Source: Candidatus Omnitrophota bacterium (GTDB lineage: Bacteria > Omnitrophota > Gorgyraeia > B26-G9). From it: a DNA stretch of 64,000 nt. Positions 1 through 8,423 of the stretch are shown here, one piece after another (position 1 is the stretch's first letter; the number at the start of each line of letters is the position of its first letter). A program made the position numbers and the translations under genes. Where the stretch lies: assembly GCA_043826565.1 (NCBI GenBank), contig JBDRPX010000003.1:81293-145292 (forward strand), read 5' to 3'. The notes under the pieces were generated by a model, which searched no databases, was not told the DNA's origin, and worked only from the letters and a program-made list of their open reading frames with translations.

Positions 1-1
1 T

Positions 2-3000
2 AAAAATAATGATTTACCGGGGATAATCTATGAGAACTTGCAGCAAGGCAGTCTTTTATTACAGAATTCTCCCAACAGTAATTTAATTCGGGCTTTGCGG
101 GTTGAGGTGAATAATTGTGAAGAGTTTTTTGATCCGAATCGCTACAAGATTTTTAATACCGCAATACACATATTTGAAGATAAACAGGAACAGGATGAAT
201 TTAGGGCTGAAAAGAATAAACAGCTGCTTTGCTTAAGACAATTAGAAGAAGGCAATTTACGTTTGTCTTTTGAAGACAATTCGGTGCATTTATTTTGGAA
301 AGGAGTTCAGCTTACGTCAAAGCAGGGTTTGCATACAGCGTTGATGTTAAATAATGAGTGGTTTGATTCTAGTAAATGTGAATGGAAAGTTGAGAGGATT
401 AACGATCAGTGTATATATATTAATATAGATTGGCGTCCTTTGCCGATAAAACAGACCTGGCAGGTGAATTTGATAAACGGCTATTCGTTTAGATGGCAGG
501 TTATTAATCATTTGAAAGATAACCGGGATGATCTGGTTAAGATTAAGACCTTGGGAGTGGTACTGCGTGCGGATTATCAAAAGTGGTTTGGCGGATATGA
601 GACTGGGGATTTCCCGAATAGTTTTGACCGCTGGCAGGAAATGATCAGTGATGTGCCGGATGGCGCGGTAGGAGTAAAACAATGTGCGGCATATCCGGCG
701 GTTATGCTTAAAAACGTTGCCGATAATCGCGCTGGGCTTATTGTTCAGAACGGCGATAATACTTCCGGATCCCGTCATTTGCAGGCTGTACAGGATGAGA
801 ATGATGGTAATTTCGCGCAGGAAATTTCAATTATCGAAGATGCTCAACAGGTAGATGACTATGTCCAGAAGCGAATGAATAATGAGATCATGCGTAATGG
901 TATCGGAATGGAACATTTGAAACTGCTTGCAGATAAGCAGAAGATCCGGGTCTTTTGGCAGGAGAAAGAACTAACTACGGATATCGGTTTGCATACGGCA
1001 ATACATTCTAGCGGATGCTGGTATGATTCCGGGAAAATGAAATGGCTGGTAAAAAAAATCACGGAAAAAAATCTGCAGATAACCGTGGATTTTAGTCCTT
1101 TTCCGGCGGTGCAGGTGTGGGATCTTTCGCTCGAGGGTAAAGATACTATAGATTGGGATGTTGAAATGGAGCTGAAAAATCCGGTGGAAATCGAAGAGCG
1201 TAAGGCCGGGATTATCCTGAATGGTGAATATACCCGCTGGTTTAATTCTTTCGAAGAGGGGATGTTTCCTGAAAAATTTGGTTTTTGGCACGATATCGTA
1301 CGTAATCGGGATGGGGAAACTTTCGGGACATATCCGCATAAAGATTTGCCGGGAGTTATGTTTTCCATCGATGCGAGCCATTTATCTCTTATCCAGAATG
1401 CTGATGAAAATATTAAAGGCAGAGTTTTGCAGGCGCAGATAGTCGAGGCAGAACAGACAAAGCAATATCCCGCCAAAAAGTTCTCTTGTTTTAAAGGGAA
1501 AATTAAGTTAGTAAAGGACGAAGGGGATATCGCGATATATAAACAAAACGCGCATCCGTTATTAGCCAAAGCAGAGGCTGTGTACATATATGGAGATTCT
1601 GCTGGTCTGCATGACCGGATTACCGGGGTTAAGGAATTTGATAAAAAGATTGAAATAATTGATGAGCTAAGAACTAAGGGGCAGGAGGTCCGGGTCGCGA
1701 TCGGCGTATCCCGCTACAATTTTTTTAAGCTTAACGAGATCGGACAGTTTGTGGCGGATAAGCTGGGGTATCCCCTAGATATGCGTTCGGTGCAGCTAAA
1801 TATATTTCCGTTAAAGAGACTGCGGAGAAATTTTATTGAATATTTAGATGAGTTAAAAAAATTACTTGGACAAATAGGGAATGTGGAATTGGTTCTTGCG
1901 GATAATGAACTGTTTGAATTGATCACTGCTGTTTGTTCTCAGGCGGATAGCGGGAATGAACGCCAATTACTGCGTTTGCTGGGGGTTATTAGTGAGCATG
2001 CGTTTATCGGCCCGCAGATTATTGTTATCGACCCCTTTCATCGCTGTAATGCCAACTGCGTGCATTGCTGGGTACATACTCCGGGAGTATTTCATCCGGA
2101 AGAGTTTTATGATATAAAACTAGATTTTGACCGGTTTAAATCAATTGCCGATGATCTGAGTGAGTTGCTGGTTGATCTGATCATCTTTCAAGGCGACGGA
2201 GAACCGTTATTGTATGATAAATTTTTTGATATGGTTCGATATGCCCGCAAAAAAGGCATCAAAGTGTCTTTTTTTACAAATGGGATTCTTCTGAATAAAG
2301 AGATTGCCAGGGAAGTTATTGATTTAGGGGTAGAGGAGATCTTTTGCAGTCTTCCGGCGGGAATTCCGGAGACGTTTGGAAAGATTAATACAAAACAAAA
2401 GCCGGAGATTTTAACGAAAATATTGGAAAATCTAAAATATCTTTCTGCTCTTAAGAAACAAGCCGGCAAAGAAAATCCCCGCTTGATCATGACTCATGTA
2501 ATTCATACGATGAATGCCCGAGAGCTTATGGCTATGGCTAAAAATGATATTGATATCGGGGCGGATATTGTTCGATTCTATCTTGTGCGCTTAGATGAAA
2601 ATATCGAATTCTTGAAATTAAAACCGGAAGATATAAAGGCAGTTCAGGATATTCTCCCTGAGATCAAAGAATTGTTTGAGAAAAATAATATTAAATTTCT
2701 TGATACAACCGAATTTCAATTGAATAATTTTGAGCAGGAAACCGGATCATGGTCTAAGAATGTATTTTTGGAAAATGGATGTACTTTGGGATGGAATTTC
2801 TGTTTAATCCCTGCTTCCGGAGAGGTTAGCTTTTGCTGTCACCTAAGAACGGTTGGTTTTTTGAATAAAAGTACATTTAAAGAGATATGGATTTCGCCGG
2901 AATATGACCGGTTTCGTTATCAGGCGAAGTTTTTAAATCAAAATAAAGATGCTAAGTTTCTTAACGGACATCCTTTGTTTGATGACTTCTGTGAGCATTG

Positions 3001-3079
3001 TGATACTCACCAGGTGATCAGGGATGTTTGGGATCAGTTTAAGCTTTATAATTTGGAAAGGTTTTTTCTTAAGAAATGA
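2..3079 (+). CDS. 5'-partial radical SAM/SPASM protein: two copies of a ~130-aa repeat domain N-terminal, rSAM core and C-terminal SPASM-like Cys cluster
   Basis: Frame is open to the window edge (ORF track starts at TTG 38, no upstream stop). CxxxCxxC motif 'HRCNANCVHC'. C-terminal 'CLIPASGEVSFCCH...DDFCEHCD' Cys cluster. Two internal repeats (~258-640 and ~940-1300) with conserved 'L(R)L.F....V.LFW...LT...GLHTA....W(Y/F)DS...W'. Confidence 0.7.
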   Translation, partial: KNNDLPGIIYENLQQGSLLLQNSPNSNLIRALRVEVNNCEEFFDPNRYKIFNTAIHIFEDKQEQDEFRAEKNKQLLCLRQLEEGNLRLSFEDNSVHLFWKGVQLTSKQGLHTALMLNNEWFDSSKCEWKVERINDQCIYINIDWRPLPIKQTWQVNLINGYSFRWQVINHLKDNRDDLVKIKTLGVVLRADYQKWFGGYETGDFPNSFDRWQEMISDVPDGAVGVKQCAAYPAVMLKNVADNRAGLIVQNGDNTSGSRHLQAVQDENDGNFAQEISIIEDAQQVDDYVQKRMNNEIMRNGIGMEHLKLLADKQKIRVFWQEKELTTDIGLHTAIHSSGCWYDSGKMKWLVKKITEKNLQITVDFSPFPAVQVWDLSLEGKDTIDWDVEMELKNPVEIEERKAGIILNGEYTRWFNSFEEGMFPEKFGFWHDIVRNRDGETFGTYPHKDLPGVMFSIDASHLSLIQNADENIKGRVLQAQIVEAEQTKQYPAKKFSCFKGKIKLVKDEGDIAIYKQNAHPLLAKAEAVYIYGDSAGLHDRITGVKEFDKKIEIIDELRTKGQEVRVAIGVSRYNFFKLNEIGQFVADKLGYPLDMRSVQLNIFPLKRLRRNFIEYLDELKKLLGQIGNVELVLADNELFELITAVCSQADSGNERQLLRLLGVISEHAFIGPQIIVIDPFHRCNANCVHCWVHTPGVFHPEEFYDIKLDFDRFKSIADDLSELLVDLIIFQGDGEPLLYDKFFDMVRYARKKGIKVSFFTNGILLNKEIAREVIDLGVEEIFCSLPAGIPETFGKINTKQKPEILTKILENLKYLSALKKQAGKENPRLIMTHVIHTMNARELMAMAKNDIDIGADIVRFYLVRLDENIEFLKLKPEDIKAVQDILPEIKELFEKNNIKFLDTTEFQLNNFEQETGSWSKNVFLENGCTLGWNFCLIPASGEVSFCCHLRTVGFLNKSTFKEIWISPEYDRFRYQAKFLNQNKDAKFLNGHPLFDDFCEHCDTHQVIRDVWDQFKLYNLERFFLKK
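258..640 (+). other. Copy 1 of unrecognised ~130-aa repeat domain (protein-level repeat)
   Basis: 'LRLSFEDNSVHLFWKGVQLTSKQGLHTALMLNNEWFDSSKCEWKVE...YQKWFGGYETGDFP' aligns with the three other copies at 940-1300, 5765-6130 and 7790-8160. Confidence 0.6.
940..1300 (+). other. Copy 2 of the repeat domain
   Basis: 'KIRVFWQEKELTTDIGLHTAIHSSGCWYDSGKMKWLVKK...YTRWFNSFEEGMFP'. Confidence 0.6.
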
Positions 3080-4062
3080 AGATTAAAATTGGCTGGCTAA
3101 AGAATAATACGAGATACAAACTTACTATAAAAGGAATCACACTGCTTTTTTTAAGCGGTGTTTTAGTCTCTTTTTTGATCGGTGAATTAATGGTGAGATT
3201 TTTTGTATCGTTTCCGATAAATAGAGAATATTTAAGGTTTGAATGTTTGGGGTATAAATTGATAAGTCAGAAGGCTAGAGATGCTCAGTTATTTTGGAAA
3301 CCGATTCCGGAATTTCGCGGCGAGTCATATCAGGAAAAAAAGGAAGACGGAGTTTTTCGGATCATTTGCATTGGAGATTCGGTAACGCAAAGTCATGGGA
3401 TAGACGGGTTCCCTCTGCCGAGGGAAAATACTTATGTTTTTTATTTGGAGAAGCTGTTAGAAAGTGGTTATGAAAATAAAAAATTTGAAGTGATTAATGC
3501 TGGGGTAGGAGGTTATAGCTCTTTACAGGGGGTGAGATATTTAGAAGGTAAATTGATCAAATATAACCCGGATTTAGTGATTAGCTGGTTTGGTATTAAT
3601 GACCGGGGACAGGCAGTATTTTATAATGATAAGCAACAGAAGCTGCCGCTTAAGGAAAGCTTAGAGAAAACAGGGGGAAGCAAATTATATAAATTTATAA
3701 AAAATTATTTTCTCATTATGCAGTATATGCCACGCGTATCTTACGGTGATTATTATGAAAATTGTGAGCAGATGCTGAAGTTATCTAAGAAAAATTATTT
3801 TGATATAGTATTTATTACTCCTTTTGAGGCTGATGTTCACGGCTCGTTAATATATTTAAATGATTATAAAGAAGCCTTGGAAAAACTAGCGGATAATTAT
3901 GATTCGACAGTATTAGATGTGCCCCCGTTTTTTAAATACAAGGCAAAGAATATGTTTATTGATTCTTGTCATCCGGACAAAGAAGGTAATACTGTTGTGG
4001 CCGAAACGATTTATACACTACTTAAAGAATCTGGTGTTTTTGATAAAATAAACTCCAATTGA
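3076..4062 (+). CDS. SGNH/GDSL-family hydrolase with N-terminal TM anchor
   Basis: Block I 'ICIGDSVTQS'. 'VINAGVGGYSS' (Gly block). C-terminal 'DSCHPDKEGNTVVAE' (DxxH catalytic block). ATGA overlap with upstream gene. Confidence 0.65.
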   Translation: MKIKIGWLKNNTRYKLTIKGITLLFLSGVLVSFLIGELMVRFFVSFPINREYLRFECLGYKLISQKARDAQLFWKPIPEFRGESYQEKKEDGVFRIICIGDSVTQSHGIDGFPLPRENTYVFYLEKLLESGYENKKFEVINAGVGGYSSLQGVRYLEGKLIKYNPDLVISWFGINDRGQAVFYNDKQQKLPLKESLEKTGGSKLYKFIKNYFLIMQYMPRVSYGDYYENCEQMLKLSKKNYFDIVFITPFEADVHGSLIYLNDYKEALEKLADNYDSTVLDVPPFFKYKAKNMFIDSCHPDKEGNTVVAETIYTLLKESGVFDKINSN

Positions 4063-4091
4063 TGCCCCAATGAACAAATAGGAAAATAAAG

Positions 4092-7000
4092 ATGAGAATA
4101 GTATTAGTAAATATACCGTGGAAAAAAGGAACCCGCTGGGGGGTCCGGGCCGGGTCCCGGTGGCCGCACATAAAGGACCGGACGGAAGATAATTATCTGG
4201 CTTTTCCGTTTTATTTGGCTTACGCCGCGGCTTTATTAAAGAAAAATAAATTTGAGGTGTTTATTATTGACGCAATTGCCGAACGGTTATCTTACAAAGA
4301 TTTTTTCCAAAAAGTAATTTCTTTAAAACCTGATTTACTTGTTGCCGAAACTTCGACTGTTTCTCTTAAGCATGACCTGAATTTTCTTTTGCGCTTAAAA
4401 GGCCTTGCCGAGGTTGCGATATGCGGGCCGGATGTGCACATCGCGGATCCCAAGTTTTTGCAGGAAACAAGTCAGGTTGACTATGTGCTTTTTGGCGAGT
4501 ATGAAGCTACCTTGCTGGAACTGGCGCAGACTTTAAGGGGGAACTATTGCAAAACGCCCATCTGCGGCGTTTCTTCCTCATTCGCTTGTGCGACGTCCGA
4601 CGAAAAGGACGCCTCCTCGCTCATTCGTCGAGGCCTTGCATCTGAACATTTTTCAATAGTCCCCGGAGACAGAAAATTGTTGGATAAAATTGACGGTCTG
4701 ATTTTTCGGGATAAAGGGAGGATTATTAAAAATAAGCCGCGTCCTTTAATTTCTGATCTTGATTGGCTTCCTTGGCCGATGCGCAAACAGCTTCCCATTA
4801 AACGTTATAATGATGCTCCGGGAGATATCCCGATTCCTTGTGCTTCGATGTGGGCCAGCCGGGGATGTCCGTTTAGGTGTTCTTTTTGCTTATGGCCGCA
4901 AGTAATGTATAACGGGAACAGCTATCGTACCAGAGATGTGAAGTCTGTTGTTGATGAGATGGAATATCTGATTAAGAAACTTGGCTTTAAATCAATTTAT
5001 TTTGATGATGATACGTGGAATATCGGAGAAGATCGGATTTACGCTTTTTGCGAAGAACTTAATAAAAGGGAATTGAATATCCCCTGGGCAATTATGGCCC
5101 GGGCCGAACTGATGGATGAAGCATTACTTGAAGCAATGCGTAAAGCAGGTTTATTTGCCGTTAAATACGGGATAGAGTCTTCTTCTCAGGAGATTTTGGA
5201 TAAGCTTGGCAAAGGTCTTGATCTGAAAAAAGCCGAAGAGGTAATTAAATACACAAAGTATTTAGGGATTAGAACGCATCTTACTTTTACATTCGGTTTG
5301 CCCGGAGAAACTCAACAATCAATACAAGATACAATCAATTATGCTCTTAAACTTAATCCTACATCAGTACAGTTTTCTATAGCCACTCCCTTTCCCGGAA
5401 CAAGGTTTTATGAAGAGATGGAAAAAAAAGGATACCTTTTAACCAAAGATCTGGAAAAATTTGACGGTAACCACAGCAGTGTGATCCGCACGGAGCATTT
5501 ATCAGGTAAACAGCTGCAAAAAGCTAAAAAAACAGCCTATGCCGAGTGGGATAAGCATTATCAATTGAAAAATAAAAAACTTTTTTTCAAGAATAAACCT
5601 TTAAAAGTAAAATTGATGAGTTCTTTAGTTGAACAGGGCGTGGTGCTTACGGCAATAAAAATTCTCAGATTTATAATCAGAAGAGTCTTTTTTTTTCCGT
5701 TACGGGTCAAACAGCTTTTTACCCGAAAGCTGTGGATTATTGAGGAGATTGTTGGGACAAGAGACTTAAGGCTTAAATTTGGAGAAGGCCGGGTTAAAGT
5801 TTTTTGGAAGGATAAAGAGATCAGTAAAGATGTCGGGTTGACGACTTCTTTACATTATGGGGATTGCTGGTTTGATTCAACCCAGGCGAATTGGAAGCTG
5901 GAAAAACAATCAGGGGATAAGATAAAAGTAAAATTAAAGTGGGACGAAGTCCCGGTCCGCCAGGAATGGGATATCGAGATTATTGAAGACCGGCAAATTA
6001 AGTGGGTAAGTACTCTGCAGGTGGAAAAAAGTGTGCAGTTACTTGAGTATAAGGCCGGGATAATGGTGTCGGATAGCTATACCAAGTGGAGAGATGATTT
6101 AGGAATTGGTAAATTCCCAAAGATTTCCGGGTGGGAGGAAATTGAATTATATAACTCCAATAGTGCGGTTTTAAGAGTAATCGCGGATGAAGGCAAAGGC
6201 GGAAAAACGGATCTTCCAGAACTGGAAATGCGCTCAGCTTGTGATTTAGAAAATAATACTTATCCGCAGATACAAAATACCGATTGTAAGATAAATGCCA
6301 GAATATTGCAGATGCGGAAATTGAAGATCGCCCAATTTACCCCGGGAGATTATAAGTATTTTGATTTGGAAATTGTAATAGAGAATAAGCAATTGGTTCC
6401 TCAGACCATAGATAAGTATAAGAAAAGAGTGCCGCTTCAATTTATAAAGGAACAGATATCGGCGGGCGGATTCTTCCCGGTTTTAATGAAAATATTAAAG
6501 CACTTACATCCCCGGCGATTAAGTGATTATTATTTGGATATTATCGGGGTTCTTGACGGCAGTTACGCGTATAAAGGCCCGTCTTTTGTTCAGATAGACC
6601 TTACCAATGATTGTAATAATGATTGCATCGGATGTTGGTGTAATTCGCCGCTTTTAGGTGATAAAAAAATCGACGATACGGTTAAACGCCAGACATTACC
6701 ATTTGAAACTGTAAAAAAGACTATTGATGAGCTAGCGGGAATGGGAACGAAGGAGATTTATTTTGCCGGAGGCGGAGAGCCGTTTATGCATCCAGAGATA
6801 TTGCCTATTCTCGAACATGTGAAAAAACGGAGATTGGGTTGTTATATAAATACAAATTTTACCCTGGTTAATGAGGATGTTGTAAAACGGTTAGCCGAAT
6901 TGAAAGTGGATAATCTGATTGTAAGTGTCTGGGCGGGTACTCCGGAAACTTATTGCTTGACCCATCCGAATAAATCCGAAGGCATGTTTTATCAGATTAA

Positions 7001-8423
7001 GGGCATGCTCAGGCTGCTGAGCACGCTTAAACAGGGCGTTCCGAATATTAATATTTATAATGTGATTTCCAATTTAAATTATCATGAGCTTGAGGAAATG
7101 GTTGAGTTTGCCGTAGATGCTCATGCTGATTCTTTGGAATTTACCGTAATTGATACTATCCCTAATGCTACAGACTCTCTTCTTTTAAGCGACCAACAGA
7201 GAAAAATAGTTTTAGAAAGTTGTCAAAGAATTCAGAAGAGATTGGAAGAGGATTTGAAAGGAAAAATAAAGGTTTTGCAATTTGAACAGTTTGTCCGCCG
7301 GATTGATACCCGGGATGCCCAAGAAGCAAAATACGATAAAAATATCCTGGAACAGATGCCGTGCTATATCGGATGGCTATTTGCCCGGATATTAGCTGAC
7401 GGAAATGTCAATTTTTGTCTTAAAAGCCATCGTATCCCGGTGGGGAATATTTACGCGCAGGATTTTTCTGATATATGGAACAGTCAGCGGCAGCAGGAAT
7501 TCCGAAAACGATCTTTATGCGCAGATAAGAATGACGTGTTTTTTTCTTTTATCGGAAATGATCCAAATGTAAAGGTGGGGTGCTTTAAAAGCTGTGATGA
7601 TTTAGCGCGTAATGTGAGGATGCATAAGAAGCTTCAGTCTCTTACGTTTTGGGAATTAAAATTTTTAAGCCGTGTTTTATTTTTCAAGAAGCTGCAGAAA
7701 GCTTTCCGCAATAAGAAATTAGGCCAGGTAATTCGCTCTCAGATAAAAAAACGTCAATTAACCGCGGGCAAACACTTATCCCGCGGAGATTTAAGGCTGG
7801 AGAGCCATAGCGATGGGATCAAACTATATTGGGCCGATAGACAATTAACCGAGAGTGTGGGGCTCAATAGTTCCGTATGTATATTTGGATTATGGTATGA
7901 CTCATCGAAGGCAGAATGGGAAATCAAGAAACACACCGATACTGAGATTATTATAAAAAACGTCTGGCATAAAATTCCTATCGCGCAAAACTGGGAATTG
8001 AAGGTAAAGCAAGGGAATGTGGTTAGCTGGAATATTAATTTGTCTGTTGAGTCTAAAATTGAGATAGAAGAGACTAAAACAAGTATAATGCTTTCATCGG
8101 ATTACCGTAAGTGGCAGACGCAGAAGGAACAGGGGAAGTTTCCTTTGCTTTCCTTTTGGAATGAAGCGGATATTAATGATTTATCAGTTAAGAATGTCGG
8201 GGTAGCCAGAAGTAAGGGGAAAGGGGGCTTTCGCCCGGGGATAGATCTTAATTTTTCAGATATGTCCGGGGATACGCGTCCTCAGATACAAAATGCGGAT
8301 AAAAGTATTAATGCCCGGATTATTTCCGCCCGGTGTGTTGAGAATAATGGTGGAAAAGTATTTTTGCCTGGGGAATATAAAATTTTTTCCGGGGAAATAG
8401 TGATAAGGTCTGACGATGTCTAA
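4092..8423 (+). CDS. 1443-aa multidomain fusion: B12-binding domain + rSAM, repeat domain, second rSAM with SPASM-like cluster, repeat domain
   Basis: N-terminal 'MRIVLVNIPW...GSRWP...FEVFIIDA' (B12/Rossmann-like). First CxxxCxxC 'CPFRCSFC'. Second CxxxCxxC 'NDCNNDCIGCW' with 'FAGGGEPF'. Downstream Cys cluster 'MPCYIGW...NFCLKSH'. Repeat copies at ~5765-6130 and ~7790-8160. Confidence 0.75.
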   Translation: MRIVLVNIPWKKGTRWGVRAGSRWPHIKDRTEDNYLAFPFYLAYAAALLKKNKFEVFIIDAIAERLSYKDFFQKVISLKPDLLVAETSTVSLKHDLNFLLRLKGLAEVAICGPDVHIADPKFLQETSQVDYVLFGEYEATLLELAQTLRGNYCKTPICGVSSSFACATSDEKDASSLIRRGLASEHFSIVPGDRKLLDKIDGLIFRDKGRIIKNKPRPLISDLDWLPWPMRKQLPIKRYNDAPGDIPIPCASMWASRGCPFRCSFCLWPQVMYNGNSYRTRDVKSVVDEMEYLIKKLGFKSIYFDDDTWNIGEDRIYAFCEELNKRELNIPWAIMARAELMDEALLEAMRKAGLFAVKYGIESSSQEILDKLGKGLDLKKAEEVIKYTKYLGIRTHLTFTFGLPGETQQSIQDTINYALKLNPTSVQFSIATPFPGTRFYEEMEKKGYLLTKDLEKFDGNHSSVIRTEHLSGKQLQKAKKTAYAEWDKHYQLKNKKLFFKNKPLKVKLMSSLVEQGVVLTAIKILRFIIRRVFFFPLRVKQLFTRKLWIIEEIVGTRDLRLKFGEGRVKVFWKDKEISKDVGLTTSLHYGDCWFDSTQANWKLEKQSGDKIKVKLKWDEVPVRQEWDIEIIEDRQIKWVSTLQVEKSVQLLEYKAGIMVSDSYTKWRDDLGIGKFPKISGWEEIELYNSNSAVLRVIADEGKGGKTDLPELEMRSACDLENNTYPQIQNTDCKINARILQMRKLKIAQFTPGDYKYFDLEIVIENKQLVPQTIDKYKKRVPLQFIKEQISAGGFFPVLMKILKHLHPRRLSDYYLDIIGVLDGSYAYKGPSFVQIDLTNDCNNDCIGCWCNSPLLGDKKIDDTVKRQTLPFETVKKTIDELAGMGTKEIYFAGGGEPFMHPEILPILEHVKKRRLGCYINTNFTLVNEDVVKRLAELKVDNLIVSVWAGTPETYCLTHPNKSEGMFYQIKGMLRLLSTLKQGVPNINIYNVISNLNYHELEEMVEFAVDAHADSLEFTVIDTIPNATDSLLLSDQQRKIVLESCQRIQKRLEEDLKGKIKVLQFEQFVRRIDTRDAQEAKYDKNILEQMPCYIGWLFARILADGNVNFCLKSHRIPVGNIYAQDFSDIWNSQRQQEFRKRSLCADKNDVFFSFIGNDPNVKVGCFKSCDDLARNVRMHKKLQSLTFWELKFLSRVLFFKKLQKAFRNKKLGQVIRSQIKKRQLTAGKHLSRGDLRLESHSDGIKLYWADRQLTESVGLNSSVCIFGLWYDSSKAEWEIKKHTDTEIIIKNVWHKIPIAQNWELKVKQGNVVSWNINLSVESKIEIEETKTSIMLSSDYRKWQTQKEQGKFPLLSFWNEADINDLSVKNVGVARSKGKGGFRPGIDLNFSDMSGDTRPQIQNADKSINARIISARCVENNGGKVFLPGEYKIFSGEIVIRSDDV
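4560..4660 (+). repeat. GC-rich ~100-bp in-frame insert within the B12-domain region, with internal inverted repeat (cgacgaa/ttcgtcg) and direct repeat (ctcattcg)
   Basis: Local GC is far above surroundings. Encodes 'CGVSSSFACATSDEKDASSLIRRGLASEHFS' between 'KTPI' and 'IVPGDRK...GLIFRDKGRII'. The equivalent loop in the other seven B12-rSAM paralogs here is short. Confidence 0.4.
5765..6130 (+). other. Copy 3 of the repeat domain
   Basis: 'LRLKFGEGRVKVFWKDKEISKDVGLTTSLHYGDCWFDSTQANWKLEK...YTKWRDDLGIGKFP'. Confidence 0.6.
7790..8160 (+). other. Copy 4 of the repeat domain
   Basis: 'LRLESHSDGIKLYWADRQLTESVGLNSSVCIFGLWYDSSKAEWEIKK...YRKWQTQKEQGKFP'. Confidence 0.6.

Noticed and set aside
38-40. 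TTG at 38 as the true start of the first gene
   Set aside because: The reading frame is open all the way to base 2 and the encoded N-terminus is mid-domain. The gene almost certainly begins upstream of the window.
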